Shown piece by piece: positions 49,521 through 60,250 of a stretch of 64,000 bases of DNA (positions are counted from its first letter, which is position 1; the number at the start of each line of letters is the position of its first letter). Under the pieces are notes generated by a model, which searched no databases, was not told the origin of the DNA, and was given only the letters and a program-made list of their open reading frames with translations. Where the stretch lies: the NCBI GenBank assembly GCA_024650005.2, contig CP122380.1:672001-736000 (forward strand), given 5' to 3'. The position numbers and the translations under genes are program-made. Origin of the DNA: Candidatus Bathyarchaeum tardum (lineage in GTDB: Archaea > Thermoproteota > Bathyarchaeia > Bathyarchaeales > Bathyarchaeaceae).

Positions 49521-49967
49521 TTACTTGACTATTAATACTGGACAAGGAGAGTGTGAAAGAACCCCATAACTTACGCTTCCCAGGAGGATTTCTCTGATTT
49601 TGCTTACTCCTCTGGCTCCCATTACTATCAAATCGTAGTTTCCTTCTTTGGCTGTTTTGAGGATTTCTTCAACAATGTGTCCCTCTTTTAGAATTGATTC
49701 AACAGGAATTCCTTCAGTTTGAACTATTTTTTTGCCTTCTGCCAGAATTTCTTCTCCTGCTTTACGGATATTCACAACAAAATCAACCAACTGTGACGGA
49801 GTTAACCGAAAGGCACTAATCCAGTACACGTTGATTAACATGATTTTTCCGTCAAATTTTTTTGCGATTTGAACTGCTTTATCTAATGCACGTAATGAAC
49901 TTTTAGAACCGTCTATTGGAACCAAAATATTCTTAAAAACTGACAACATATTCCCCAAATAATTCAT
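49521..49967 (-). CDS. Universal stress protein
   Basis: ILVPIDGS and DLIVMGARG...LGSVS...PCPVLIVK motifs. Confidence 0.93.
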   Translation of the reverse strand: MNYLGNMLSVFKNILVPIDGSKSSLRALDKAVQIAKKFDGKIMLINVYWISAFRLTPSQLVDFVVNIRKAGEEILAEGKKIVQTEGIPVESILKEGHIVEEILKTAKEGNYDLIVMGARGVSKIREILLGSVSYGVLSHSPCPVLIVK

Positions 49968-50054
49968 CGGTAAACGTGCACATATACTTTTGTGTAGCAG
50001 ATTCTAACCAAAAATTAATCTGTGTTTGTTGCATAATATTTAGTAGGGGAGTTT

Positions 50055-50882
50055 ATGCGAGTTTTAAAAGATTTGAAAACAGAGTTCCCTAGCATTGTTG
50101 ATCGTGCATACCGTGAATACAAGCGACATAGAAAAGTTGAAGAAATTATGAGTAAAGACGTTTTAACCATCGGACTTGACACCAAAATGGATGAAGCAGC
50201 AAAAATAATGGGAAATAAGCATGTTGGTAGTTTGATTGTAACAAATTATGAAACACCAGTAGGCATAGTTACCGAACGAGATTTACTAAGCGATATTTTA
50301 GTCCATGATAAAAACCCTGCTGAAATTGCTGCAAAGGATGTTATGTCATATCCTCTAACCACGATAGGTCCAGAGGTTCAAATAAAAAAGGCAGCTCAGA
50401 TTATGATTAAACAAAAAAGTAGGCTTGCTGTTTTTGATTTTGGTCATCTTAAAGGAATCATCACTGCTTCCGATCTTATCCGAAGTCTTCCAGATGCCCC
50501 TGAAACACGCCTTAAAGTTGACGAATACATGTCCAAGCATGTTATCACTGCAGACGAAAAAACCCCAATAAAAACTATAATGAAAATAATGGGTGAAAAA
50601 CGAATTGGTAGTGTCATAATCACCAAAAAAGACCGTCCGCACATGAGTATATTTACAGAACGTGACCTTCTTACGACATTTTTGGCTAAGGGAAAATCCC
50701 TGAATGTTTCAGTGGGCACAGCATCTTCTTCACCGTTGATTACTGCATCTTTAGGAATAAGCGTACACAAAACAGCTTCTATCATGGCGGCAAACAAAAT
50801 AAAACGATTGCCAATAACTGAAAATGGAGAACTTGCGGGAATAGTAACTGCACGCGACTTGGTTGAAGCTTATGCACAATAA
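50055..50882 (+). CDS. CBS domain protein (4 CBS)
   Basis: Repeated GIVTERDL / GIITASDL / GIVTARDL motifs. Confidence 0.9.
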   Translation: MRVLKDLKTEFPSIVDRAYREYKRHRKVEEIMSKDVLTIGLDTKMDEAAKIMGNKHVGSLIVTNYETPVGIVTERDLLSDILVHDKNPAEIAAKDVMSYPLTTIGPEVQIKKAAQIMIKQKSRLAVFDFGHLKGIITASDLIRSLPDAPETRLKVDEYMSKHVITADEKTPIKTIMKIMGEKRIGSVIITKKDRPHMSIFTERDLLTTFLAKGKSLNVSVGTASSSPLITASLGISVHKTASIMAANKIKRLPITENGELAGIVTARDLVEAYAQ

Positions 50883-51132
50883 AAAAGTCTAGAGTTGCAT
50901 GTGAGTGTTCATAATGTGCTCGTTATATTAATAGATCATTTGGTTGAAAGAGCCGTAATGATCCATTAAACTAGGGAACTGTTTCTTGCCTGTGATGTGT
51001 ATGTCAATCTTCTTTCAACAAAGGATATTAATGTCATAACATCGAATGTAAGAAAAAATATAATGATAAAAGCAATCAAGTTAAACTTTATATACAACTT
51101 TTTTCAATGCAACGTGATTTGATGAATATCTG

Positions 51133-51471
51133 ATGGCAAACAGATACAAAATAACGTCAAAAACTACGTTCAATTTGATACTTATCTGGGCGGTAATTAA
51201 CATTGTTTTAATGTTAATGATGTTGCCAGAAGATTTCATGGATTTAAACAATTGGATAGAACTGGCACTTTGGGGTGCTTCGATTCCCTGCTTGCTGTAT
51301 ACAAAAAAATGGGGCATTGCTTTTGTAATTTTCACCTTGTGTTATACTTTTAGCACTAGCGTGGGCATAATAATTTATTATCAAATTTGGCTTAACGCCA
51401 TTCGGATTCTAGTGAACGGATTCAGTATAGTTTATCTTTTCAAAACCCTGATTAATAGCAACTTGAAGTAG
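51133..51471 (+). CDS. Small membrane hypothetical protein
   Basis: 112 aa, about 4 hydrophobic segments. Confidence 0.65.
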   Translation: MANRYKITSKTTFNLILIWAVINIVLMLMMLPEDFMDLNNWIELALWGASIPCLLYTKKWGIAFVIFTLCYTFSTSVGIIIYYQIWLNAIRILVNGFSIVYLFKTLINSNLK

Positions 51472-51503
51472 CAGTTTTAAAACAAACAACAAGGTAAGTA
51501 GTA

Positions 51504-51965
51504 ATGTCAATCTCGATGGATTTCATAAATTTAACTTTAGGTATTGTAGGTACCACTGCCGGTATTGTTTCTCTTGCAGTTCACTTGTGGCGATTAAAGC
51601 GCGAAACACCAAATCTTGTGGTAAAACAAATCAAGTGCACTCATGAATACGAAAAAGAAACAAAGGCTCTTTCTTTTTTAATTGAACTTGAAATCAGAAA
51701 CCTTGGGGACAGAGGAACCAACATTCTTGGAGTGGACCTCAAATTTGATCATAAAAACACAGAATACGTAATGAAAATGGTTAATCAGGACAACGAACCC
51801 GAGAATATAACCATAAAGTGGATACGGTCACACGAGACAATTCGAACAGTTCAAATTGCCTTTACCCGATTCAATGAAAAACCAAAAAAACAAATTCCAT
51901 GTAATTTAACAGTTTATCACACTCATGGGGCAGAACAGCTTAAAGCAACTTCAACTTTGCTGTAG
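51504..51965 (+). CDS. Membrane-anchored hypothetical protein
   Basis: N-terminal TM followed by a beta-sandwich-like region (IRNLGDRGT). Confidence 0.65.
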   Translation: MSISMDFINLTLGIVGTTAGIVSLAVHLWRLKRETPNLVVKQIKCTHEYEKETKALSFLIELEIRNLGDRGTNILGVDLKFDHKNTEYVMKMVNQDNEPENITIKWIRSHETIRTVQIAFTRFNEKPKKQIPCNLTVYHTHGAEQLKATSTLL

Positions 51966-52068
51966 CAACATAATCGTTTCTATTGTTACTTCTATTATCG
52001 AGAATATCTTATCCCAAAAAATAAGAAAAGTGGGAGTCCACTATTAAATACCCTTACAATATCTTAAG

Positions 52069-52713
52069 TTGGGACAACAGATGGCAGATGACAAGCAGAA
52101 TCGTATACCAAAAAATGAGAAAACTGGCACCAATGTTAATATGCAAGAAACTGAAGGGTTGCCCAATTTTGTCACACCAATAATTCCAAAAATGAGTATT
52201 GAAGATCTTCCAAAAGAAGAATCAAATAAACTTCATAAAATTTTAGCTCAAGTAAAGAAGTATCAGAAACCTATTCTAAAACCCAACTCTACTGGATTGA
52301 AAATGGTTCTGTTGTTTGTAGGTTCAAATGGGACTGGCAAAACATTGGTTGCTGAAGCTCTAGCTACTACTTTGGGTATATCTCTTTTTAGGGTCGATCT
52401 TTCCGTCGTGGTGAGTAAATATGTTGGAGAAACAGAGAAGAATCTTGCAAAAATTTTCGAAGCAGCTGAAGAAAGCAGAAGTATCCTGTTTTTTGACGAA
52501 GTTGATGCTCTCTTTAGGAAACATACTGAAGTTCGAGAAAGTCACGATCGATATGCACAAGTGGATTTTGATTTTTTATTGCAAAGGTTGAAGTCATATC
52601 AAGGTCTGCTGATACTGGACACAAAAAAGGTTGATAATTTAGATCCATCATTAAAGAAATGCTTCAAAATGTCAATCTTCTGTTTCCAGAAGAAAAGAGA
52701 TCTAAGATGTTAA
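52069..52713 (+). CDS. Truncated or degenerate AAA+ ATPase
   Basis: Walker A GSNGTGKT, SKYVGETEKNL, Walker B FFDEVDALF and HDRYA; sensor-1 and Arg finger are degenerate and there is no lid domain. Confidence 0.7.
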   Translation: MGQQMADDKQNRIPKNEKTGTNVNMQETEGLPNFVTPIIPKMSIEDLPKEESNKLHKILAQVKKYQKPILKPNSTGLKMVLLFVGSNGTGKTLVAEALATTLGISLFRVDLSVVVSKYVGETEKNLAKIFEAAEESRSILFFDEVDALFRKHTEVRESHDRYAQVDFDFLLQRLKSYQGLLILDTKKVDNLDPSLKKCFKMSIFCFQKKRDLRC

Positions 52714-52900
52714 TTCTGTATAATTGTGATTAAATCGTAACAAAAAATTTTTAAATATGCTAGCGCTCATCGGACAGAAAAAAGTAGATGTGTTTTTGCC
52801 CAAGATTGGAGGCAACCTATGACTTGATACAAAATTTCAACCATAGTAAAATAATTAAAGGGTCAAATGAGTGAATTAAAAATAGACGGGGCGAACTAAT

Positions 52901-54394
52901 ATGAAAACGATTGTCGTAATCGGAGGGGGGATAGCTGGACTGACTGCAGGTATTTTTGCTCAGAAGAATGGTTTTAAGAGCATAGTTCTTGAGAAGAACC
53001 ATACTGTAGGGGGAGAATGCACAGGTTGGGATCGTCAGGGCTATCATGTTGACGGATGTATTCATTGGTTGGTCGGGACAAAAGAAGGTACTCCTTTAAG
53101 ACAGTTATGGGATGAAGTTGGGGCTCTTGACAGCGTGGAAATCTATGATCCTGAAAGCTTTATGGTTGTAGAACATGACGGTGTAACGGTCCATTTTTAC
53201 CGTGATTTGAAGAAACTCAAACAGAGCTGGCTTGAGATTTCTCCCGAAGATAGTGAGAGTATAGAAAATTTTTGTAAGGATATTGAAAAACTTCATTCTT
53301 TCTTGATGCCTGTCGGGAAGCCAATTGACATGATGAACATCATCGAGACGTTCAAGTTTCTCCTTTCAATGAAAGATGCTGGTTATGTGATGAAAAAATA
53401 CGGAAAAATTAGTGTTGTTGGTTTTGCAGAAAACTTCAAACATCCGGCTCTTAGGACAGCAATTGCTTCTTTTCTGCCAGAAGGTGATTTCAGCGCTTTT
53501 TCAGTAATTTTTCCTTTAGGAACCTTTACTGGTGGGCAGTCATCAATTCCTCTCGGCGGTTCAAAGGCACTTGCTCTTCGTATGGCAAATCGTTATCTCT
53601 CTCTTGGAGGTTCAATACAAACATCGTGTGAAGCTATGGAGCTTAGCATTAATGAACCCCGCGTGAAAAGTGTAACATGCCAAAATGGAAGAACTTTTGA
53701 GGCTGATTACTTTGTTGTTGCCTGTGATGCAAAAGTCCTTTATGATTGCCTGCTCAAAAGGAAATATCTCGATCCTCAATTTGAAAAAAGGTACAACGAT
53801 CCCGAAATTTATCCGCTAACATCTAACATTTACATCGCTATCGGATACGCAGGGAAAATGGATAATGTCCCAAGGACATTTAAATTTCCTGTGAGAGCAC
53901 TAAATATAAAACAGAACCAGAAACCGATGGAACACTTACAGATGACCCATTACGGATATGAACCCCGTTTTGCTCCCAAGGGACATACTGTTATAACTGT
54001 CGCTATCAACCAGTTTGAACCAGAACTTTTGCAGTGGGAAAAACTTTCGAAAGATAAAAAAGCATACATAAAAGAAAAAAACCGCATTGGACAAGCTGTT
54101 ATACACGCTATAGAAGCCCGTTTTCCACATATGATAGGTAAACTCGAACTGCTTGATGTTGCTACACCTCATACCTACAAGAAGTACTGTAATGCATACA
54201 AAGGAGCATTTATGGGATTCTGGCCTACCATTCATGGAAAAACAATGGTTCATACAGGCAAGATCAAAAAACTCAAAAACATCTTCTTGAGCGGACAATG
54301 GTTACAACCCCCCGGAGGACTTCCCGTCGCTGCAGTTACTGGCAAGGATACCATAATGAGAATATGCAAAGCAGAGGGCATAGCGTGGAGTTAA
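52901..54394 (+). CDS. Phytoene desaturase-like FAD oxidoreductase
   Basis: GGGIAG, GGECTGWDRQGY, ATPHTY and GQWLQPPGGLP motifs. Confidence 0.85.
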   Translation: MKTIVVIGGGIAGLTAGIFAQKNGFKSIVLEKNHTVGGECTGWDRQGYHVDGCIHWLVGTKEGTPLRQLWDEVGALDSVEIYDPESFMVVEHDGVTVHFYRDLKKLKQSWLEISPEDSESIENFCKDIEKLHSFLMPVGKPIDMMNIIETFKFLLSMKDAGYVMKKYGKISVVGFAENFKHPALRTAIASFLPEGDFSAFSVIFPLGTFTGGQSSIPLGGSKALALRMANRYLSLGGSIQTSCEAMELSINEPRVKSVTCQNGRTFEADYFVVACDAKVLYDCLLKRKYLDPQFEKRYNDPEIYPLTSNIYIAIGYAGKMDNVPRTFKFPVRALNIKQNQKPMEHLQMTHYGYEPRFAPKGHTVITVAINQFEPELLQWEKLSKDKKAYIKEKNRIGQAVIHAIEARFPHMIGKLELLDVATPHTYKKYCNAYKGAFMGFWPTIHGKTMVHTGKIKKLKNIFLSGQWLQPPGGLPVAAVTGKDTIMRICKAEGIAWS

Positions 54395-54852
54395 ATGGTC
54401 AAAATATTAAATATTCTTGAACTCTAATAAACTCAATACTTATCCGAGGCATATTTTCCTTTTCAAGAGCAGGCAGTCCAAAAATTCTGGGACACATGTT
54501 TAATCCTAAATCTATTTGCACACTATTTTTATTCAAAGGCATATCAAATTCCCTTCAAGGTAAACAATTGAGGGAACCAATGAGAACATTGAAAGAACCA
54601 AGGATTTCACTAACATTCAAACCCTGTTTTCATCCAACTTAAACTGCCCCGGAACCAGTTTAGGAACCTGCAACCAGTTCCTGTTCTGCAACACCTTTTC
54701 TTAAAACAAACCTGTAACATACATTTCGTGCTTATTTTACAAATCAGCATATAAACAAATATCAAAACAAATTTTTTCTGTATATTGGATATAGCACAAA
54801 ACCCAAAAATACTAAACAATCATTAACCCTGAAAAGACAAGGAGCCTTTACT

Positions 54853-56634
54853 TTGACTGGTCAACAAATTAGTTGGAATTTAAATGAACTTTTCTCTAGC
54901 CAAGACGACCCAAAAATCAGCCAAGCAATTATTAAAGCTACCCAGTTGGCAAGTCAATTTGAAAAAACTTACCGTGGAAAAATTGTTAACCTCAACACTG
55001 AAGGTTTACTTGAATGCCTGAAAAGCATAGAGTTCTTTAAAATAAAATTTAGCGACCTAAGTTTGTATTCTAGTCTGTGTTTTGCAGCCAACATGACTTT
55101 GCCCCCGAATCAGTCCTTATATGACCGTATTAGCAAACTAAAAGCAACCCTGAACAAGCAGCTTGCCTTTTTTGGAATAGAACTTGGAAAATTGCTAGAA
55201 AGTAATCCAAAAATTATCACTGACCCCAAATTGCAAAATTACAAGCATATGCTTGAACGAGTTTACCGTGACGTAAAACATCAATTGTCAGAAATTGAAG
55301 AACAAATAATAATTGAAAAAGACCAATTCGGCGTAAATGCTTGGCAGGACTTGCAACGTAAATGGCTTAACACCAGAATGTTCAAAGTTACCGTGATGAG
55401 AGAAAAAAAGAACCTGTCCTACGGCGAAGCCAACGGGTTACTAACCCATGTTGACCGTGCCACTCGAGAATCCGCCAACAAATCAATCTATGGAACCCTA
55501 GGACAGGATGGGGAACTCTTTGCTTCAGCCCTGCGTAGCATATGCAACGACTGGGTAACAGTTTCCAAACGAAGAAAATACGACAGCCCTATGCACGCCA
55601 GCTTAATCAGTAATGACACCCAACAACCAATAATTGACAACCTACTACGCACCATCGAAAAAAACGCGAAAATTTACCGCAGTTATCTTGAACTCAAAGC
55701 GAAAATCATGAATCTCCCCCAACTTGGAAACCATGACCTCCTAGCACCATTGCCTGATGCACCCGAACAAAAATTCAGTTTCCAGCAAGCCCAAGAACTA
55801 GTAACACAAGCATATAGTCGTTTGGACTCTGAATATGCTACTGCAGTAAAAGAAATGTTTTCTAAACAACACATTGATGCTTCCCCCCGTTTTGGAAAAC
55901 GCAACGGCGCTTTTTGTGCATGTTACTACAACGGAAAATCTGCTTACATCCTAAGCAGCTTCACTGGAACATTAAGCGATGTTTTTACTCTTGCTCACGA
56001 ACTCGGTCACGCAACCCATGACTGGTACGCCTCACGTAACCAAACTATATCCAATATGAGCATTCCGTCAATCGTTGCTGAAACTGCTTCAATTTTTGGA
56101 GAACTCCTGTTAACTGACCAACTTCTGGATCAAGCAAAAACTAAAGCCGAAAAAACTGCAGTTCTCTGTTTGGTTTTAGACGAAGCCGGAATGACAGCAT
56201 TTCAGGTCAGCGCCCGAGTATGGTTTGAACAAACCCTTTACAGTTCCATTGAAAAAGGTGAATATCTGGATTACCAAACGATCTGTAATCTTTGGACCGA
56301 TGCCCGAAGTCGAATCTACAAAAACGCAGTAACATGGTTGCCCGAAATGGATGCAGAATGGACCATGAAACCTCACTATTTTATGCCTAATTACCGCTTC
56401 TACAATTATCCTTACGTTTACGCCCAAATGTTTGTGTACGCTCTGTATGACCAGTACCTAAAAGAGGGAAAAACTTTTGCACCCAAACTAAAAGAAGCCC
56501 TGTCTGCAGGCAGCAGCGTATCCCCGTTGCAAATAGGCAAAATAGTTAACTTAGATGTTTCTGAACCAAACTTTTGGAACAAAGGGATAAACGTTTTCGA
56601 ACGATTCTTTAATCAGTTACAAGAAATAATCTAG
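54853..56634 (+). CDS. pepF: Oligoendopeptidase F (M3B)
   Basis: TLAHELGH zinc motif, AETAS, KRNGAFC and FYNYPY. Confidence 0.92.
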   Translation: MTGQQISWNLNELFSSQDDPKISQAIIKATQLASQFEKTYRGKIVNLNTEGLLECLKSIEFFKIKFSDLSLYSSLCFAANMTLPPNQSLYDRISKLKATLNKQLAFFGIELGKLLESNPKIITDPKLQNYKHMLERVYRDVKHQLSEIEEQIIIEKDQFGVNAWQDLQRKWLNTRMFKVTVMREKKNLSYGEANGLLTHVDRATRESANKSIYGTLGQDGELFASALRSICNDWVTVSKRRKYDSPMHASLISNDTQQPIIDNLLRTIEKNAKIYRSYLELKAKIMNLPQLGNHDLLAPLPDAPEQKFSFQQAQELVTQAYSRLDSEYATAVKEMFSKQHIDASPRFGKRNGAFCACYYNGKSAYILSSFTGTLSDVFTLAHELGHATHDWYASRNQTISNMSIPSIVAETASIFGELLLTDQLLDQAKTKAEKTAVLCLVLDEAGMTAFQVSARVWFEQTLYSSIEKGEYLDYQTICNLWTDARSRIYKNAVTWLPEMDAEWTMKPHYFMPNYRFYNYPYVYAQMFVYALYDQYLKEGKTFAPKLKEALSAGSSVSPLQIGKIVNLDVSEPNFWNKGINVFERFFNQLQEII

Positions 56635-56908
56635 CTCCAAAACAGACAAGAACAATCCAATCTGCTGTAAGTCCCTTCAATCAACTTTTCTGACAAAGGA
56701 AAAAGAAAAGTGATCCTAAAACCAAAACAACCGAACCCGCTAAGATAACGTTAAAATTAAATTGGGTTACCATCAAAAAACAAGACAACAGCCCCCAAAG
56801 GTCTAAACTTATTTTTAGCATAAATCCACTTGATAATTTTCTCAGTTTAATTTATAAAAGTATCAACAGAACATTTGTCAAGCAACCCCGTTATGGATAT
56901 GCATACAC

Positions 56909-57190
56909 ATGAACTTGATTCAACTTTCAACCCCAATTATTTTACTTATTTTTTTGAACGTAATCTCACTGATAACCTTCGGAGTGGACAAACCCAAAAG
57001 CATGAGCAAACGATGGAGAATCCCTGAATCACACCTTTTATTGGTTGCATTTTTTGGACCCTTTGGAGCGTATGCAGCTATGTTACTGTTTCGCCACAAA
57101 ATCCGCAAAATCAAATTCCTTTTGGTCCCATTATTCGGGTTCATACAACTGTATTTGATAATCAATTTTCAACTCATCCAAATACCCTAA
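56909..57190 (+). CDS. DUF1294 membrane protein
   Basis: FGVDK...WRIPE...GPFGA...FRHK motif. Confidence 0.85.
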   Translation: MNLIQLSTPIILLIFLNVISLITFGVDKPKSMSKRWRIPESHLLLVAFFGPFGAYAAMLLFRHKIRKIKFLLVPLFGFIQLYLIINFQLIQIP

Positions 57191-57304
57191 TTTTCAAGAA
57201 ATCATTAAATTTACATAATCATATCTACTAAGTAACGACTTATTCTTAATTTGAAAAAATAATCTAATTATTGATATTTCCAGTCTTCTTGTTTGCAAGA
57301 ATTT

Positions 57305-57688
57305 TCTTTTCCAATCTTGTTTTTTGAAGTAATAATGAAAACAGACCTAACAGTTTTCTTCTAAACAAATGGTAACCTTTTATCCTCTTTCACTCTTAGT
57401 GTTTTTCTAATCTTGTCAAAGATATTATCGGGTTACCTTTGTGGAAAAATAATGGGATTCACACAAAAAGAACGGCTCTTGTTTGGCGTATCATCAATTC
57501 CACAACTTTCAATTTCATTAGTGGTCACTTTTACAGCATTGGAACCTGGCTTAATAGACGCCAATCTTCAAGTTAGTATAGTATTTTTGTCAGTAACAAC
57601 AATTCTAATTTCCCCTCTTATAGTTGGTATCTTAACCAAAAATCAGAATAACCCTTGGGCAAACACCGCAAAAGAGCTAGAACACTGA
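57305..57688 (+). pseudogene. C-terminal remnant of a Kef-type cation:proton antiporter
   Basis: PILFFEVIMKTDL...*...SKILSGY...PQLSISL, with an in-frame TAA at 57362-57364; the N-terminal part is missing. Confidence 0.6.
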
Positions 57689-57889
57689 CAAAAATATTGG
57701 TTTTACATTTGTAGCTTTAGGTCCTTGTTTTGTTTCCTCAATTTCAAACTGGACTTTTTCTCCTTCTTGAAGATATGCTGCACCCACTAAATCACTGCGA
57801 TGCACAAAAACTCGATCGTTTAGTTTTTTAGTTTCAATAAATCCATATCCTCGATCAGATATCCACTTTTTTACTGTTCCTTTTTTCAT
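57677..57889 (-). CDS. cspA: Cold-shock domain protein
   Basis: GTVKKW, RGYGFI (RNP1), VFVH (RNP2) and GPKATNV; GAGGTGA SD. Confidence 0.92.
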   Translation of the reverse strand: MKKGTVKKWISDRGYGFIETKKLNDRVFVHRSDLVGAAYLQEGEKVQFEIEETKQGPKATNVKPIFLSVF

Positions 57890-58162
57890 TCATTTCACCT
57901 CGTAACGGTTTCAACACTTGTAACAATTCGTTAGAATTTTATTGTTAACGGAGTCTAAGCCTTGAACTTTTGTTTGGCCCGTTAAACAACGTTTTTGCCG
58001 TTTTCCAATCTTTCGCCTTTTTGATTGGATCACTCGTTGTTAAAACGCAAAACGTTCTAAGCATGCTCCCCCGTTAAGTAATGTAAGATATTCTCAGCAC
58101 ATTTTATAAAGATTCTACTGAGGCTAGAAACCACAAACTAGTTCTCTAAAAATAAAATTGCT

Positions 58163-58342
58163 TTAGATGGGTCTTGGTGGTCTGGGGTTAGGTCTAACCG
58201 GATTAAAAGGTACATACGGATTGGCAGGATTTATTGGCTTAAACAGAATAGAATTCTGGTCAACCCCAAATTGTATTGAATTCATTTTTTTCACTTCATG
58301 TAGTTTTGAGTTACAGTCAATTGTTTCTAGTTGCTTGGACAT
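58163..58342 (-). CDS. Proline-rich small protein (59 aa, or 40 aa from ATG 58285)
   Basis: Manual translation: MSKQLETIDCNSKLHEVKKMNSIQFGVDQNSILFKPINPANPYVPFNPVRPNPRPPRPI*; GAAGTGA SD-like element before the second ATG. Confidence 0.5.
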   Translation of the reverse strand: MSKQLETIDCNSKLHEVKKMNSIQFGVDQNSILFKPINPANPYVPFNPVRPNPRPPRPI

Positions 58343-58442
58343 ATTTGTTGATGAACAATCCTAGAATCAAGTCACATTTCAAGTATACAAATATGAAACC
58401 AACAAAGGGTTAATTCCATAACCAAAAAACTAAAAGTGGATC

Positions 58443-59012
58443 TTAATTGTTCAAACTGTTCGACATTAGTTTTGTTATGTTTCCCATTAACTGATTTGTC
58501 GCAATTAGAACTGAGTTGTCATGGTTTTTTGAGAGCACTTTAGCGTTTATTTTCAGTTTCTCTTGACCGAATACAGCAGAAATAATTGTTTCTCCATCTT
58601 CTGTTATCCATTTTAACATTGTTTCACCGTTTGCTTCTGAATAACCTAACCAGCGTAATGTTCCAAACCATCTTCCTTTAAGGTTTGAAACAACTTTTTG
58701 GGTTACCTGCTCTTTTGGAAGCAAAGTTTGCAAGACATTCATGGCTAACCCGGTTTTTTGAACCGAATACGAGTCTTTGAAAAGTTCAGTTGTCTTTGTA
58801 GTCAACGCGTAACCCTCTGGCTCTTTTTTGATAAGGTTTTGTTCCATTAGCCTGTTTAATGTCCTGGACAAGGTTTCAGGGTGCATAACTAGTCTTCTTT
58901 TTAACCCCTCAAAACTAAAATTTGTTAACTTTTCTTCTTGGATCGCCTGAATTACAGTAACATCTTTTTCTTGAAGATCGCCATTACAAACTTTAGGTTC
59001 ATAATTGTCCAT
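58443..59012 (-). CDS. Winged-helix domain hypothetical protein
   Basis: FSFEGLKRRLVMHPETLSRTLNRL HTH followed by a GRWFGTLRWLG domain. Confidence 0.7.
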   Translation of the reverse strand: MDNYEPKVCNGDLQEKDVTVIQAIQEEKLTNFSFEGLKRRLVMHPETLSRTLNRLMEQNLIKKEPEGYALTTKTTELFKDSYSVQKTGLAMNVLQTLLPKEQVTQKVVSNLKGRWFGTLRWLGYSEANGETMLKWITEDGETIISAVFGQEKLKINAKVLSKNHDNSVLIATNQLMGNITKLMSNSLNN

Positions 59013-59191
59013 TATTGAGATTTTCTCCTGCCTTTAAAGAATGGCTTAACCCCTTTTGAATGTTACCTTTTTGTAATAAAATTGCATGTTGAACAAACAA
59101 TCAACTATACATTTAAAAACATCAAACCTCGTTGAACTCAACAAAATTTTAATCTAATATTCACCAACTACTACATCAGTTGGTGTAAAAC

Positions 59192-60250
59192 TTGAAAGCA
59201 TTAGTACTCAGTGGCGGCAAAGGAACCCGGCTGCGACCTTTAACGTTTACTTTAGCAAAACAGCTAATTCCAATGGCTAACAAACCTGTTCTTGGTTACG
59301 TCTTAGACCAGATAACCCAAACAGGAATCAACCAAATTGGTGTGATAATAGCTCCTGAAACTGGACATTACGTTAAAGACTACATCAAAGACGGAAAAAA
59401 ATGGAACTCAAATGTGACATACATTCTGCAAGAACCTTTGGGGCTAGCCCATGCAGTCAAAACTGCTAAACCCTTTCTTGGACAAGACGATTTCATAATG
59501 GGTTTGGGTGATAACTTACAAGGGCAAGGATTAACAAAATTTGTTGAAAAATTCGAAACAGAAAACATGGACGCACTAATCATACTAAAACAAGTAGAAG
59601 ATCCATCAAAGTTTGGAGTTGCAACACTCGACAAAAACTCCAACATAATAAAACTGGTTGAAAAACCCAAAACCCCTGAATCAAACCTTGCAATAATTGG
59701 CACTTATATTTTTTCAAACAAAATTTTCAAAGCAATAGAACAAATTAAACCCTCATGGCGGGGAGAACTTGAAATCACTGACGCTATCCAAGAAATGATA
59801 AACATGGGATTCAAAGTAAAAGCAGAAATTTTGAACAGTTGGTGGATTGACACCGGCAAAAAAGATGACATTTTAACAGCAAACGCTAAAGTTTTGGACG
59901 AATACATGCAACAGCAAATCAATGGAACCGTTGAAAACAGCAAAATTGAAGGACGTGTTGCCATACAAAAAACTGCAAAAATAATTAACTCTACCATTCG
60001 AGGACCTTGTGCCATCGGAAGCGATTGTATTATTGAAAACTCTTTTGTTGGTCCATACACCAGCATAGGTAATGGAACAAAAATTGTTGACAGCGCCATT
60101 GAATACAGCGTTGTTTTAGAAAATGCACAAATAACGGGTGTCGATAGGCTGGAAGAAAGTTTGATAGGAAAAAATGCTAAAATAACTCGAAACCATAAGA
60201 ATGGGTGTTTAAAACTTCATGTGGGTGACTACTCGGAGGTTGAATTATGA
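59192..60250 (+). CDS. rmlA: Glucose-1-phosphate thymidylyltransferase, long form
   Basis: GGKGTRLRPLT, EPLGLAHA, RGELEITD, WIDTG and a C-terminal left-handed beta-helix. Confidence 0.92.
   Translation: MKALVLSGGKGTRLRPLTFTLAKQLIPMANKPVLGYVLDQITQTGINQIGVIIAPETGHYVKDYIKDGKKWNSNVTYILQEPLGLAHAVKTAKPFLGQDDFIMGLGDNLQGQGLTKFVEKFETENMDALIILKQVEDPSKFGVATLDKNSNIIKLVEKPKTPESNLAIIGTYIFSNKIFKAIEQIKPSWRGELEITDAIQEMINMGFKVKAEILNSWWIDTGKKDDILTANAKVLDEYMQQQINGTVENSKIEGRVAIQKTAKIINSTIRGPCAIGSDCIIENSFVGPYTSIGNGTKIVDSAIEYSVVLENAQITGVDRLEESLIGKNAKITRNHKNGCLKLHVGDYSEVEL

Noticed and set aside
54400-54850. ORF 54610..54819 (-)
   Set aside because: Short, Cys/Phe-rich shadow-like composition with no supporting signals.
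58167-58364. Gly-rich + strand ORF (collagen-like GLG pattern)
   Set aside because: The Gly periodicity mirrors Pro codons on the minus strand. The minus ORF is co-oriented with its neighbours and has an SD-like site.
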